DNA of 63,761 bases, counting the filler, from Octopus bimaculoides (taxonomy: Eukaryota): the NCBI RefSeq assembly GCF_001194135.2. It is 6 parts of 6 records of this genome, joined end to end, with 100 filler letters (N's around TTAATTAATTAA, not from the genome) between each part and the next. Parts side by side here need not be neighbours in the genome. Positions count along the whole stretch, not along the records: positions 30,131 to 58,111 come from NC_068989.1; positions 58,212 to 62,607 come from NC_068991.1; 4 more parts are not named here. One strand, written 5' to 3'. Within the stretch, counting starts at the first letter, position 1; every line of letters starts with the position of its first letter. The notes under the pieces were generated by a model. It was not told where the DNA came from, did not search any database, and was given only the letters and a program-made list of their open reading frames with translations. The position numbers and the translations under genes were made by a program. Below are positions 48,981 to 62,707 of the stretch, piece after piece.

Positions 48981-50890
48981 AGTTTCACTGCCATGAAGCA
49001 TGGCTGTTCATACACATGCGTCATACAGTCTGCCTTTCACTCTGAGTGAGAGGCCCCTTGTCACCAGCAGAGGTAAGAGCTCTCTGAACTTTACCCAGGC
49101 TATTCTTATTCTAGTAGCTACACTTTCAGCGCACCCTCCCCCCACTACTAACTTGGTCACCTAGATAGTGGAAGCTATCAACTAAGTCTAGTTTTTCTCC
49201 ATGGAATGTGGCTAAAGTTCTTTTCTGGACATTTTCAGTGTTTATTGCTCCTGAACATCTGCCACATTCAAAAGCTAACTTCCTAGTTAACCTTCCCTTG
49301 ATATTGCTGCACCTCTTATGTGTTCATAGCTTGCACTGGGTACATCTTATAGAGTTTCTACCTATGCCTTTTCTACAGATCGAGCAAGGTCATCTAACTG
49401 AAGGGGTTTGCGTTTTGTCTACCTTCCTACTTATTAGGACTTTGGTTTTAGCTAGGTCGACTCTAAGGCCCTTCGATTCTAGTCCTTGCTTTCACACCTG
49501 AAACTTCTCCTCTAGTTCTGATAGTGACTCAGCCATTAGTGCAAGGTCATCAGCATAGAGGAGCTCCCAGGGGCATCCTGTCTTGAATTCCTCTGTTATC
49601 GCCTGGAGGTCTATGATAAATAGGAAGGGGCTCAGGACTGAACCTTGGTAGACTCCTACCACTACCCGGAATTCTTCACTGTACTCGTTGCCAACCCTCA
49701 CCTTACTGACAGCGTCTCTGTACATGGCTCGCACAGCTCTCACTAACCATTCTTCTATCCCTAGTTTTCTCATTGACCACCAGATAAGGGATCGGGGGAG
49801 CCTACAAAGGCTTTCTCTCTGTCAACGAAAGACAGGTACAGAGATTTATCTTTGGCTAGGTATTTCTCCTGCAGCTGTCTTAGCATCAGTGTTGCTTTTC
49901 CCTGGCACAAACCCAAACTGCATCTCTCCCTAATTAGTTGGGCTATGACCCTCTCCGTGACTTTCATTACCTGATCTAACAACTTGATACCTCTGTAATT
50001 ATTTGTATCTAAAGCATCACCTTTACCTTTGTAGCAGTTGACTATGGTGCTGCTACACCAGTCATTGGGTATGACTCCTTCGTCTATCACCTGGTTAACA
50101 ATACAGGTGACTAGGCTATAGCTGACACTGCCAGATATTTTGAGTATCTCTGCAGTGATTCCTGATGCGCCGAGAGCTTTCCCTGTCTTCATACTCTTAA
50201 TTGCTTTATCTACCATGATACTGTCAACTTGGATAGCTAGTCCCTCTGTTGGGTCGACATTCGGCAGTCTCTCTTTCTCCCATTCATCCTCTTTATTGAG
50301 CAACCTTTCGTAGTGGCGTCTCCATACCTCTCTCTTTACAGCCTTGTTTAGTGCAAGCGTACCATCATCCATGTGAACACATTTCTCTCCTACGACATCC
50401 CCATTCTCTCTCACACACTGTCTTGCAACACGAAATACCTCATGTCTTTGGTCCTCACGGCACAGAACATTGGCAAATTTTTTCTTATCTGCTTCCCCTA
50501 AACCTGTTACTGAGCTTCCCTTCTGGCAGTCTGATACAATTCCCTGCTACCACCGTTCTTCCAAGCCTGTTTCTTTTGTCTAATAGCCCTGTCTACAACA
50601 TTGTTCCAACACCATGTTATTTTGGGTCGAGAGGGGACTTTGCACCATCCACAGATCTGGTCAGTGGCCCTCAGCAGGTTGTCCCGTAGAAACGTCCAGT
50701 TGTCTTCTACATCATGTGAAGCTACATGCCCTTCTATTTCATCAAAGACTTTGAGTAATAAGTCTCTAAATCTCTGTCCATTCGCAGGATTTTTGAACTT
50801 CCAGACCCTTTTCCTGCAAGCTGGTCGTCTTCTGGGCAACCACTTAGCCCTGATCCTGAAGTCACTAACTACTAGTCTATGTTGTGGGGC
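48981..50890 (-). mobile_element. RTE LINE fragment with RT
   Basis: GVYQGSVLSPFLF...ELLYADDLAL; NNYRGIKLLDQVMK; same family as 40079-42945. Confidence 0.9.
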
Positions 50891-52147
50891 ACATAAAAAA
50901 AAAACAGAACTTATCCATATTTTTTCATTTTTACTTTGCTAAATGATTTTACTACTATTTGAAAATAATATGTATTCTTGTTTTTTATATTATTCATTTG
51001 ATTTTTTTAAAGATTATTTGTAATAGATAACTTATTTAACATTAAATTATTTAGAAGTTAGAGTATCGTTTCAACATAATATAAGACTTCGAATTGAATA
51101 GGGTTGAAATATTTTCGATTATTTTTGATTAATAATATTTGAATAATAATTAATCTTTATTGTTTATAATATCGTTAAAGGTTTTTTTTATTAAAACTCA
51201 GACTATAAAAAGTTTAATCTTTCATTCATAATAATTTTTTTCATATTTTTATTTTTATCTCTACGTTTGTAGAAATAAGTATTCTTGCATTTTTCTATTA
51301 TTCAATTGATTTTTAATGATAATTAAATAAACGTTTTTAGTCTTAAATAGTCTAGCTTTAACTATTACACCAGTTAAATATGTACTAATATTATCTTTAT
51401 TATTATTTTAACCTTAAACTTCGTTCAAATTGTATTTAAAACGATAATAATTTATGTAAGCTGGTTTTTGCATATAATATACATGTTAGCATATATTATA
51501 ATGGATGTAGGGAAGATTATGGAATGTTTATTATTTTGACATTTTTAATAATATTTTTNNNNNNNNNNNNNNNNNNNNNNNNNNNNNNNNNNNNNNNNNN
51601 NNNNNNNNNNNNNNNNNNNNNNNNNNNNNNNNNNNNNNNNNNNNNNNNNNNNNNNNNNNNNNNNNNNNNNNNNNNNNNNNNNNNNNNNNNNNNNNNNNNN
51701 NNNNNNNNNNNNNNNNNNNNNNNNNNNNNNNNNNNNNNNNNNNNNNNNNNNNNNNNNNNNNNNNNNNNNNNNNNNNNNNNNNNNNNNNNNNNNNNNNNNN
51801 NNNNNNNNNNNNNNNNNNNNNNNNNNNNNNNNNNNNNNNNNNNNNNNNNNNNNNNNNNNNNNNNNNNNNNNNNNNNNNNNNNNNNNNNNNNNNNNNNNNN
51901 NNNNNNNNNNNNNNNNNNNNNNNNNNNNNNNNNNNNNNNNNNNNNNNNNNNNNNNNNNNNNNNNNNNNNNNNNNNNNNNNNNNNNNNNNNNNNNNNNNNN
52001 NNNNNNNNNNNNNNNNNNNNNNNNNNNNNNNNNNNNNNNNNNNNNNNNNNNNNNNNNNNNNNNNNNNNNNNNNNNNNNNNNNNNNNNNNNNNNNNNNNNN
52101 NNNNNNNNNNNNNNNNNNNNNNNNNNNNNNNNNNNNNNNNNNNNNNN

Positions 52148-52192
<45 letters not shown>

Positions 52193-53934
52193 GTATCTAT
52201 CTATGTATATCTTACAGCTTGTCAACCAAATTCATTCATAAGGCTTTTGTTGGCTCAGGGCTATAGTAGAAGACACTTGTTCAAAGTGCCATGTAGTGAG
52301 ACTGAACCCAAGAATATGTGATTGAGAACCAAACTTCTTAACTACACAACCATACCTGTACCTCTTAATACAATTAGAAATTCAAGACATTTATTCATTT
52401 GAATCAAATCTTAGTAAAGTTGACGCAATGGCAAAATGCTTGTATAGGTATCACAAATAGTGGCATAAACGGACTGTTTTAAGTTTGATTTCTGACTATG
52501 TTGCTTGTGTTTTATTGCAGTTGCACAGTTGAATAATATAAGACAAGTTTGTAATATGAAACAATAAAAGTGTGACTTCAATGAACAAAACAATCTTTAT
52601 CATGAAATTAACATGCAGGTGGCTGAGCACTCCACAGACATGTATATCCTTATCGTAATTTTCAGGGAAATTCAGCGTAACACAGAACGTGACATGGTTG
52701 ACCCTTTGAAATACAGGTACCTTTGATTTTTGCCAGCTGAATGGACTGGAGCAATGTGGAATAAAGCATCTTGCTCAAGAACACAGTATACCACAAGGTA
52801 TTCAACTCACAACCTTATGATCGTGAGCCAAATACCCTAACCACTAAGCCATGAATATGATAGATGCAACTGAAGGAAACCCTTCATATACGTGTGTGTG
52901 TGTGTCTTCTTGTCTTGATATCACATGATGGTTGTGAGTGTCACTATAATATAAGCAGTATCATTTGCTTTAAATTTTCCTTGCTGTGGAAAGAGGCAAG
53001 GATTGGCAACCACAGAAAATTTGCTTCAACAAATTCCATCTGATCCATGCAAGCATGGAAAAATGGATATTAAAACAATGATTATGATGACAATCTCCAT
53101 CAAATATAAAACCTCATAGCACAATAGCTGGGAGACCTTAGCAGTAGTAATAATAGTTAGTGTTCAGACAAGGAAACAAAAACTGTGTTGTACATATACC
53201 AGAGTAAGGGCTAATAATTTGAAAGAGATTGCAATCCCATATCATGATCAAAAGGTTCCGTTAAGAAGGTTACTGATGTGAATGAACATATTTCATGTAC
53301 TTTAATATTAAATTTTGTAAAAGATGGTATAATTAGTTATTGGTTTCCTTGTCCAAGTACTGGATTAGTGCGTTTATGATGAGGGAATGTCTGTGCAAAA
53401 TAGCTGTGTGGTTAACAAATTTTACTTCACAATCACATAATTCCAGGTGAAATCTCACTGCATTAGGCAAGCAGTTTCCACTATAACCTGAGGTTGACCT
53501 TCATCAACATCATTTTAATATCCTCTTTTGCATGCTTGCATGGATCAGATGGTGTTTACTGAAATACATTTTCTATGGCTGGATGCCTTTCCTCTCATCA
53601 ACCTTCATGTTTCCAAGTAAGGTCATTTTTCCCCATAGATAGACATTGTTTAAGCCAAATATTAGAAATAAATGACACAGCGTGTATGACAATGGAACAC
53701 ATTTGTGACTATCATGCAATGTCAAGACAAGGGGACATAAACATACATGCATGCATACATATATGTTTCTGTGTGCTTCATTAAAAACATGACTGCATTT
53801 AAGTTACATCTTTTTGTAATTTAGATTCTTCATATTTTACTTTTTTTTCACAGATGATTGAAACAGTAAAGTTCCTAAATTCATATTCAAATGTTTCTAA
53901 ACCTTTAGTGTCATTTTCAAGAATTGAAACGACA

Positions 53935-53965
<31 letters not shown>

Positions 53966-54549
53966 CATGCACACACACAAGTCTTTTTGAGTTCCTCTCT
54001 ACCAAATCCACTCGCAAAGTTTTGGTTGGTCTACAGCTTTAGTAAAAGGCATTTGCCTAAAGTGCCATACAGTGGAACTGAACCCGAAACTATGTAGCTG
54101 TGAAGCAAACTTCACCACACTGCAAAGCTTGCACCATCTGAGTGGAATTTGGTAGTTAAGAACACTGAAGATGCTTGTTATGTGTGTGTGCGTTTTATCA
54201 ATATATATCAGTGGGAAACTGAGAAAATAGTTCTTCATAAATGAAATTCCTTGAGATATTTGTTCTATGCAGTTACAGACACTCCCTGGTCACTATTGCC
54301 TTCAGAAATGCCCTGAACTGCTTCATTAGAAAGATGCAAAATACTATTATTTACCAATTTTGATATAAAATGAAATGAGTAAAATAAAGTCAAGTGGAAA
54401 AATATTACAAGGAATGTTTGTTTGAAAGCACCAGTTTATGAATTTTTCTAAATGTTTATGTCTTTCACTAATACGCAACACTGAGACTCACACATGTAAT
54501 ACAGTCTTTCACACTGCCAACTGAATTCTCATTCATGAAGAATTGATCA

Positions 54550-54942
<393 letters not shown>

Positions 54943-55629
54943 TTAATTACAGAATTTAAAACGTTAACTAAGTACTACTAGTAATGCATGATTCAAAACA
55001 ACCTCACCACTTACATAAGGCTAGTGTTCTTGAGGTTAGCATTTGTAAGTTGTAAAGCTATTAACAAGATTAATGTAGACAAAATTGCAGATCCATTAGG
55101 GATAGCTCAACATGAGGCTCTGTAGATATGTTTGTTGTTAGTTAACTAGCTACAGTGAAAGTATAAAGTAAGGAGGAAGATCAAAAATCTTATATCAGTT
55201 GGCAACGAAGTATTTTTATCTATATAGAAGACTGTGTGAAGTGAAATGCAGCATGGCATTCAGCTACAGGCACTGAATATGAAAGATTTGTGAAGATTGG
55301 AGCAAGCAGGAATGGTAGTTGTAGAGAGTGAATAGTTTTTATAAACATAAGCAAATGTTTACAGGAGCAACATTGTACATAAAATGGATTTAAAAATTAG
55401 GAGGATGATAAGTATGCCTTTTCGAAAATAGCTGTCCCTCCACCTTCATATACATGTGAAGTCTTGATGAAGTCAGAGAGTGTGAGACCTATTTTTTTAT
55501 AATGATAATTGACCTCTTTTCATAGCCATATTTCTGATAAAATACACTCTTTTGTTTTGATTAATGAAAACTTCACAAAAATAACTTCAAATGAAATTCC
55601 AATGGAAAGTTTTGATTTAACTCAGTTTA

Positions 55630-55947
<318 letters not shown>

Positions 55948-57099
55948 TTAAGTCTGTTTACATTTCAAACAGTTTCTAACAGGTATTTAGAGGAATTTAG
56001 GAAAAATAACTTCTGCCATATTAAGTAGCACTTTGGAATAAAAAAATTGTAACTGAAGGCTTAACCCATTTGTTAAAATATTTCTGTTGAAATACACTAC
56101 CTTTGCTTCAATTAATTCTGAAAATAATTTAGAATTTAGTAAAATATCTGACATTTTATAGTTGACATTTAGAACATAGGTTAACATGAAACTCTGACAG
56201 ATGGTTTTAATTTAGATGACTTTAAAACAGTAAGATGTTTTATCACAGACCTAGGGATGGTCTCAGTTGGGCTGGTATCAAAAGGGTCAAACAAATATTG
56301 AGTTCTGAATCCTAAGACAGATTACAAGAGAAAAAGAAGAATGTGAAATGAACTGGAGATGGTTGGAAATGGCACACTTGAAATATTTCGGACGTAGAAT
56401 AACATATCCTGTTAATGTTAAATGGCAGACAAATTACAGTGTGGAGATAAAGAAGTATAGTTCAATTAGAAATAATAAGATTTTATCATAATCATCATTT
56501 TAATGTCCAATTTTCCATGCTTGCATAGGTCAGACAAAGTTTGAGGCATATTTTCTATGGGCAAATGCTCTTCCTGTTGCCAACCTTCACATTTCCAAGC
56601 AATTTCCAAATGGCTCAACACGTTTCCTTAGAAGATTGAAAACTTCTGTAATGAAGACACAATGTTAAAAGAAGAAGACACAAACACACACAAAAAAAAT
56701 GTCATGGTCTTCTTTCAATTTCCATCTACAAAATTCATTCATAAGACTTGGGTTGGTGAAGATTATAGAAGACATTTGCTCAGGGTGCCATGTGGTGGGA
56801 TTGAATCCAAAACCATGTGACTGGGAAGTAAATTTCTTAAACCAGAGTTACATTTAATTGAATTTGAAAAGAGAGACTAGCAGGTTGTACAAGCAATACA
56901 AATTTGACTCAGCTCTTGTTAGTTTATATTTCAAATTCGTGTTTTAATGTCCAATAGTTTGAAGAACAATCAGTATAAGTGACAAAAGAATAGTCAATTT
57001 ATATTTTGCTGGTTAAGAAAAATCTACCAACTTAGTAGTCAAATATTTCCAAAATTACAGAGGATCTTTGCAGAATGTAGTGTATTTAATGACCTTGCC

Positions 57100-57660
57100 T
57101 TAACCCTTTAGTGTTCAGAATGGCCAAAACCAGCTGAAAATAATTCCCCTTTATTTGTTTGAAACAGCCAAATCTGGTCGTATCTGATTCCTCTACGAAA
57201 TTGCTAAAAAAAAAAATAAAACAAATCACGTTACTGAATTCTCATAGCTTTAAGATAATGTGAGATAAAGCCTTCCCGCCTTTATTCAAGTAAAAATATC
57301 GTGAAATTTTTGAGACTTTTGGTTTTCTCAACATTTGAAGAGAAATGTACATCTTAGCTTTTAACAATATGACAGCAGCAAGTAGGAATTTGACTGAAGG
57401 TTTTACTCTTGATGTACAAAATATAAATGAAAACAACAGTGAATAAATAGTCTTTGGATGAATCTGATATTAATATTTATGAATTTTCATCAGATGAGAA
57501 AAATCTTGATAGCAAATGATGAAATCGATGAAAAAAATATTGAAAACATTACAACAACAATTCTCAACCACAATTCTCGATTTCACAGAAAAGACTAGCT
57601 CACAATAAAAGTCTACCTCCTGATGCTCAACCATTTGGCAATTTATTTTTATTTTTAACA
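57100..57660 (+). mobile_element. piggyBac-like left end
   Basis: TTAA|CCCTTTAG start as in the 44303 MITE, followed by decayed acidic coding-like sequence (SLDESDINIYEFSSDEK). Confidence 0.45.
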
Positions 57661-57661
57661 A

Positions 57662-58111
57662 AAAGTTTATACTAGACTCAGTGAGACTTATCCTGGAAAA
57701 TAATACTTTCTTCTTCAATGGAAAGAACTATATCCAAATTAAAAGCACGGCTATGGGAACGAGGTTTGCTCCCGTTTATGCGAATTCAGTGATGGGTTAC
57801 TTAGAACAAAAACTCTACCAGGAAATAGAAGAGAGATACAACACTGAATTTAGGAAGTTTATTGAAAAAGCATGGAAGAGATACCTTGACGATTGCTTTA
57901 TAATCTGGACAAAATCTCAAAACACTGTGGAAGAATTCAACACCCTCCTGAACAACCTACACCCATCCATCCAATTTACAAAGGAGATGAGCAGTACCAA
58001 ATTACCATTTCTAGATATAATGGTAGTTAAAAAGAACACCGCCATTACCACAGATATATATTATAAACACACAGATACACACCAATACCTGAATTTTAAA
58101 TCATGCCATCC
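57662..58111 (+). mobile_element. Penelope-like reverse transcriptase fragment
   Basis: NNTFFFNGKNYIQIKSTAMGTRFAPVYAN...WKRYLDDCFIIW...LHPSIQFT...LPFLDIMV...YYKHTDTHQYLNFKSCH. Confidence 0.92.
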
Positions 58112-58211
58112 NNNNNNNNNNNNNNNNNNNNNNNNNNNNNNNNNNNNNNNNNNNNTTAATTAATTAANNNNNNNNNNNNNNNNNNNNNNNNNNNNNNNNN
58201 NNNNNNNNNNN
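58112..58211. other. Artificial scaffold spacer 4
   Basis: 44 N + TTAATTAATTAA (58156-58167) + 44 N. Confidence 0.97.
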
Positions 58212-58454
58212 CGTAATCATTACCGTTAGAAAGGTATTTTAGAATTTCATTAAAAGATATCCACTTTCCTGAAAGTTATGAAGGAAAAAAGTTGGATCGT
58301 GTGAATCTTCTGATACTCCTCTCCTTGCCCCATCGAAAAAATTCTTTCCTATAAATCCCTATAAACTCTGAATTCACAATATCTAAGCGGTATTTGTTGA
58401 AAAGGTGAGTGTCTCTTCTGACTTACGAACTACTAAACAACTATAGGCCTATAT

Positions 58455-60203
58455 ATATCATCATCATCATCGTTTAACGTCCGTTTTCCATGCTAGCATG
58501 GGTTGGACGGTTTGATTGAAGTCTAGGAAGCCAGGAGTCTGCACCAGGCTCCAGTCTGATTTCGGAGTGTTTCTACAGCTGGATGCCCTTCCTAACACCA
58601 ACCACTCCGTGAGTGCTGTGGGTGCTTTTTACGTGCCACCGGCACAGGGGCCAGAAGAGGCTGGCAATGGCCACGATCAGTTGATACTTTTTACGTGCCA
58701 CTAGAATGGAAGCCAGTCAAGGCGACGCTGGCATCTACCACATTCGGATGGTGCTTTATACGTGCCACTGCCACGGGTATCACAACTACGATTACCATTT
58801 GATTTTCATTTTGATGTTTTAATGTACTTGACTCAATAGGTCTCCTCAAGCACAGCAAGTTGCCCTACGATCCAAGGTACTTTTGGATGGACTGGTTATG
58901 CGAAACTGGTGTAGGATACACTTCATACTCACTTTATTTGCAGGGTCTTTGCAGTCACAGCATATCTCCAGAGCTCTTTGTCTTTTGTCATTGCCTCTAT
59001 GAGGCTCAATGTTCGAAGGTCATGCTTGACCACCTCATCCCATGTCTTCCTGGGTTTACCTCTACTCCGGATTCCTTCCACTGTTTGGGAGTGGCACTTC
59101 TTCACACATCTCTCCTCATCCATCCGTAGTACATGACCATACCAGCACAAACGTCTCTCTTGCATGCCACATCTGATGCTTCTTATGTCCAACATTTCTC
59201 TCAGGGCACTTACACTCTGTCATGTGTGCACATTGACATTACACATCCAGCAGATCATGCTAGCTTCATTTCTTTCGAGCCTATGCATGTCCTCCGCAGT
59301 CACAGACCATGTTTCACTGCTGTGAAGCATGGCAGTTCGCACACATGCATCGTATAATCTATCTTTCACTCTGAGTGAGAGGCCCTTTGTCACCAGTAGG
59401 GGTAGAAGCTTTCTAAACTTTGCACAAGCTATTCTTATTCTAGCGGTAACACTCTCTGAGCATCCACTCCCACTACTAACTTGGTCGAGCATCTGTGGTG
59501 TTTATTGTCCCTGTGCATCTGCTGCACACGAAAGCTATCATCTCGGTTAATCTTGCTTTGATGTTGCTGCACCTCTTATGTGTCCATAGCTTACACTGGG
59601 TACATCTTATGGAGTTTATACCTACACCTTTTCTACACATCGAACAGGGCCACCTACCTGAGTGGGTGTGAGATGTGTTCACCTTCCTACTTACTAGAAC
59701 TTTGGTCTTTGCTACATTGACTCTAAGGCCTTTTGATTCTGAACCTTGCTTCCACACCCAAAATTTATTTTCTAGTTCTGGTAGTGATTCTGCTATGAGG
59801 GCCAGGTCATCAGCATAGAGGAGCTGCCAGGGGCAACTGGTCTTGAATTCCTGTTATTGCCTGGAGGACTATGATGAATAAAAGGGGACTGAGGGCTGAA
59901 CCTTGGTGGACCCCCTACTTCTACCCGGAATTCTTCACTATACTCATTGCCAATCCTAACCTTACTAACGGCCTCTCTGTATAGGGCCTGTACAGCCCTT
60001 ATTAACCATTCGTCAATCCCCAGTTTCTGCATTGCCCACCAGATAAGGGATCGAGGGACCCTGTCAAAGGCTTTCTCCAAGTCCACAAAAGCTAAATATA
60101 AGGGTTTATCTTTAGCTCGGTATTTCTCCTGCAGTTGTCAAACCAGGAATATGGCATCAGTGGTGCTTCTACCTGACACAAAACTGAACTGCATTTCATC
60201 TAA
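58455..60203 (-). mobile_element. 5'-truncated RTE LINE (RT + 3'UTR + tail)
   Basis: DLEKAFDRVPRSLIWWAMQKLGIDEW; RLCWYGHVLRM...RGKPRKTW; CATCATCATCGTTTAACGTCC tail end. Confidence 0.9.
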
Positions 60204-61004
60204 GCAGACTTGTCTGTGTGTGTGTGTTCTTATAGAATATGGTCAGAAATTCTCTAGTATGCCAGAGACAATAATTTCTTTGGATATGTATGTTTTTAGT
60301 ATTGTAGATAATGATTTAGGAAAAAAAGAATGAGGAGTTTTTTTAGTTTTAACTTTTCAGAAAAAAAATTCTGTTTGTTTCCAGTATTGTTTCTAGTTTT
60401 ACAAGGAAAAATAAAAAATAAATAAAACAAGCAAGCAACAAAAACAATAATAATATAAAAAAAGATTCAAAATAAATTTTTCTTCATTTTTTTTTATGCC
60501 TAACTTTCACTAACTTTTGCTATGTTAACTTTTTTCCAGAATATTTTATTTTGTGATTTACATTTTTTAACATTAAAGATTATGATTATGTGGGGGGAAA
60601 AAAATTCTCATTTTCAGTTATTTGACAGATTTTCATTTGCCTAATCTTCAATATTAGATGAAATATGTTGATCTCGCAAAAAACAAAACAAAAAAAAAAC
60701 AAACAAAAAAGAAACAAAAAAACGACCAAGTTTAAAATGTTACTAAAGAGAAAAAAATATGAAAGAATTTAGATTTTTCTGTGAAATGTTCTAAAGAGAA
60801 AATTGTGGGAACTTTGGGACAAAATATAAATAATTAGAAATGATATATACACATATATCTCATTTCTAATTTCATTCCATAACTGTCATCTTTGAAGAGT
60901 GCAGGGTTACATAAATGGGCTGTTAATTTATACTCTGGAGAAGCTCTAGTGCAAAACTGATTGGTATGATCAGCCATAATGGACATGTAATACTGTACAT
61001 GCTG

Positions 61005-61051
<47 letters not shown>

Positions 61052-61499
61052 CATACACATGCACCCAGTACACACTGTAAAGTTGTCGACATTGGTATGG
61101 GCAACCAACCATAGAAACCGTGGCAAAAACAGACATTGTATCATGATGCAGTCCTTGGACTCATTGGATCCCGTCAACCTGTCAAACCCATGCTAGCATG
61201 GAACATGGACATTAAATGATGCTATTGTATATATATATCTAGTATATATAAATCACAGTATGTGTGCGTATAATGACTAATGCATACATTTCCACAATTC
61301 TCAACTGATTTCACTAAACTTTACACACACATTACTTATGTCCCAAGGATGGTCATGCATTATGACAATTTGCTCAGAGCTCCTGTGAAAATGGATGTCA
61401 ATGGATATAGTTCAGTTCTATATTTAAGAGATGAGTAATTATGCACATTATTTAAATTATTTACATTTGACAGATATTTGTCCTCATCTTGTTTGTTGT

Positions 61500-61549
61500 T
61501 AACGCAACGTTTCAGCTGATATATCCTCCAGCCTTCATCAGGTGTCTTG
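61500..61549 (-). ncRNA. Minimal type I hammerhead ribozyme-like motif (inverted copy)
   Basis: On minus: AAGACAC-CUGAUGA-A-GGCUG-GAGGAUAUAU-CAGCU-GAAA-CGUU-GCGUU. Confidence 0.55.
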
Positions 61550-61550
61550 G

Positions 61551-61609
61551 GGGCATATGGCATAGTGGTTAAGAGTGGTTAAGATTCTGAGTCCGATTGC
61601 AAGCAGTGA

Positions 61610-61648
<39 letters not shown>

Positions 61649-61827
61649 TAATAAATAATAATAATAATAATAATAACATCAAAAAATACCTTAGGAATGA
61701 GAACCCTGGTTCGAAATTTCCCCAATACACCTGATGAAGGCTGGAGAATATATCAGCTGAAACGTTGTATTAACAACAAACAAGATGAGGACAAATATTC
61801 ATCACATGTAAATAATTTAAATAATGG
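61551..61827 (+). mobile_element. tRNA-headed SINE-like element with Penelope-like tail
   Basis: A box TGGCATAGTGG 61558-61568, degenerate B box GAGTCCGATTGC, internal (TAA)n, tail with CTGATGA..GAAAC. Confidence 0.65.
61724..61772 (+). ncRNA. Minimal type I hammerhead ribozyme-like motif
   Basis: CUGAUGA(61731-37)-A-GGCUG/loop/CAGCU-GAAA(61759-62)-CGUU; activity not shown. Confidence 0.55.
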
Positions 61828-62389
61828 ATATAGTTTTTTTTGTATGAGGGTCTTCCCTACTTTTTTTAATGTTTTTATAAAAGTGAAAGGATTTTGTTTA
61901 TTTACTTGTTTCCACTGTCCACCTGCTATGCTGATTAAATTGACTAGGAACACTGTACATGATGAATATCCAATACCAAACAATCTTAATCTTAATCTCC
62001 ATATTTAAACTGCATTAAACTTTGGCAAGCTTACCTTTACCTATTCTGAGTTACTTGTAAGGTGATGTTCACTTCCCTCTCTTCTATTTGTTGATACCTT
62101 TGTTTACCTACCAATGCGATGTTTCACTTTAAGGATGCTTATTTACCCATCCATTATGATATTTTGACTGTTGCCCATTGTTTCAAATGCATTTTAGCAT
62201 TGTTTTTGTAGCCTTTTTTAAACAACCACATATGATTCATCCCAAAGAATTAACCTCTAAATAAGGGTTTTACTTCCACTAATCGGAAATATAGATTGCC
62301 ATGCTAATTATAAACTTTCTCAGTAGTTCAATTATTTGGTGAAAAAAAATACCATCAAGCAACTTAAACCATCCAAAGGATGGATGCAT

Positions 62390-62607
62390 GCGGGTGACAC
62401 ATAATATCTTTCGTGCGAGATCGTTGCCAGTGCCCCTGGACTGGCTCTTGTGCGGGTGACACATGAAATCTTTCGAGCGGGATCGTTGCCAGTCCCCTTG
62501 GACTGGCTCATGTGCGGGCGACACATGATATCTTTCGAGCGAGATCGTTGCCAGTGCCTCTGGACTGGCTCTTGTGCGGGTGACACATGAAATCTTTCGA
62601 GCGGAAT
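62390..62607. repeat. 62-bp minisatellite, 3.5 units
   Basis: GCGGG(T/C)GACAC starts at 62390, 62452, 62514, 62576. Confidence 0.92.
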
Positions 62608-62707
62608 NNNNNNNNNNNNNNNNNNNNNNNNNNNNNNNNNNNNNNNNNNNNTTAATTAATTAANNNNNNNNNNNNNNNNNNNNNNNNNNNNNNNNNNNNN
62701 NNNNNNN
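62608..62707. other. Artificial scaffold spacer 5
   Basis: 44 N + TTAATTAATTAA (62652-62663) + 44 N. Confidence 0.97.

Noticed and set aside
61551-61605. Functional tRNA gene
   Set aside because: Anticodon arm is missing (A-B spacing collapsed) and the B box is degenerate; this is a SINE head. The same applies to other tRNA-like heads.
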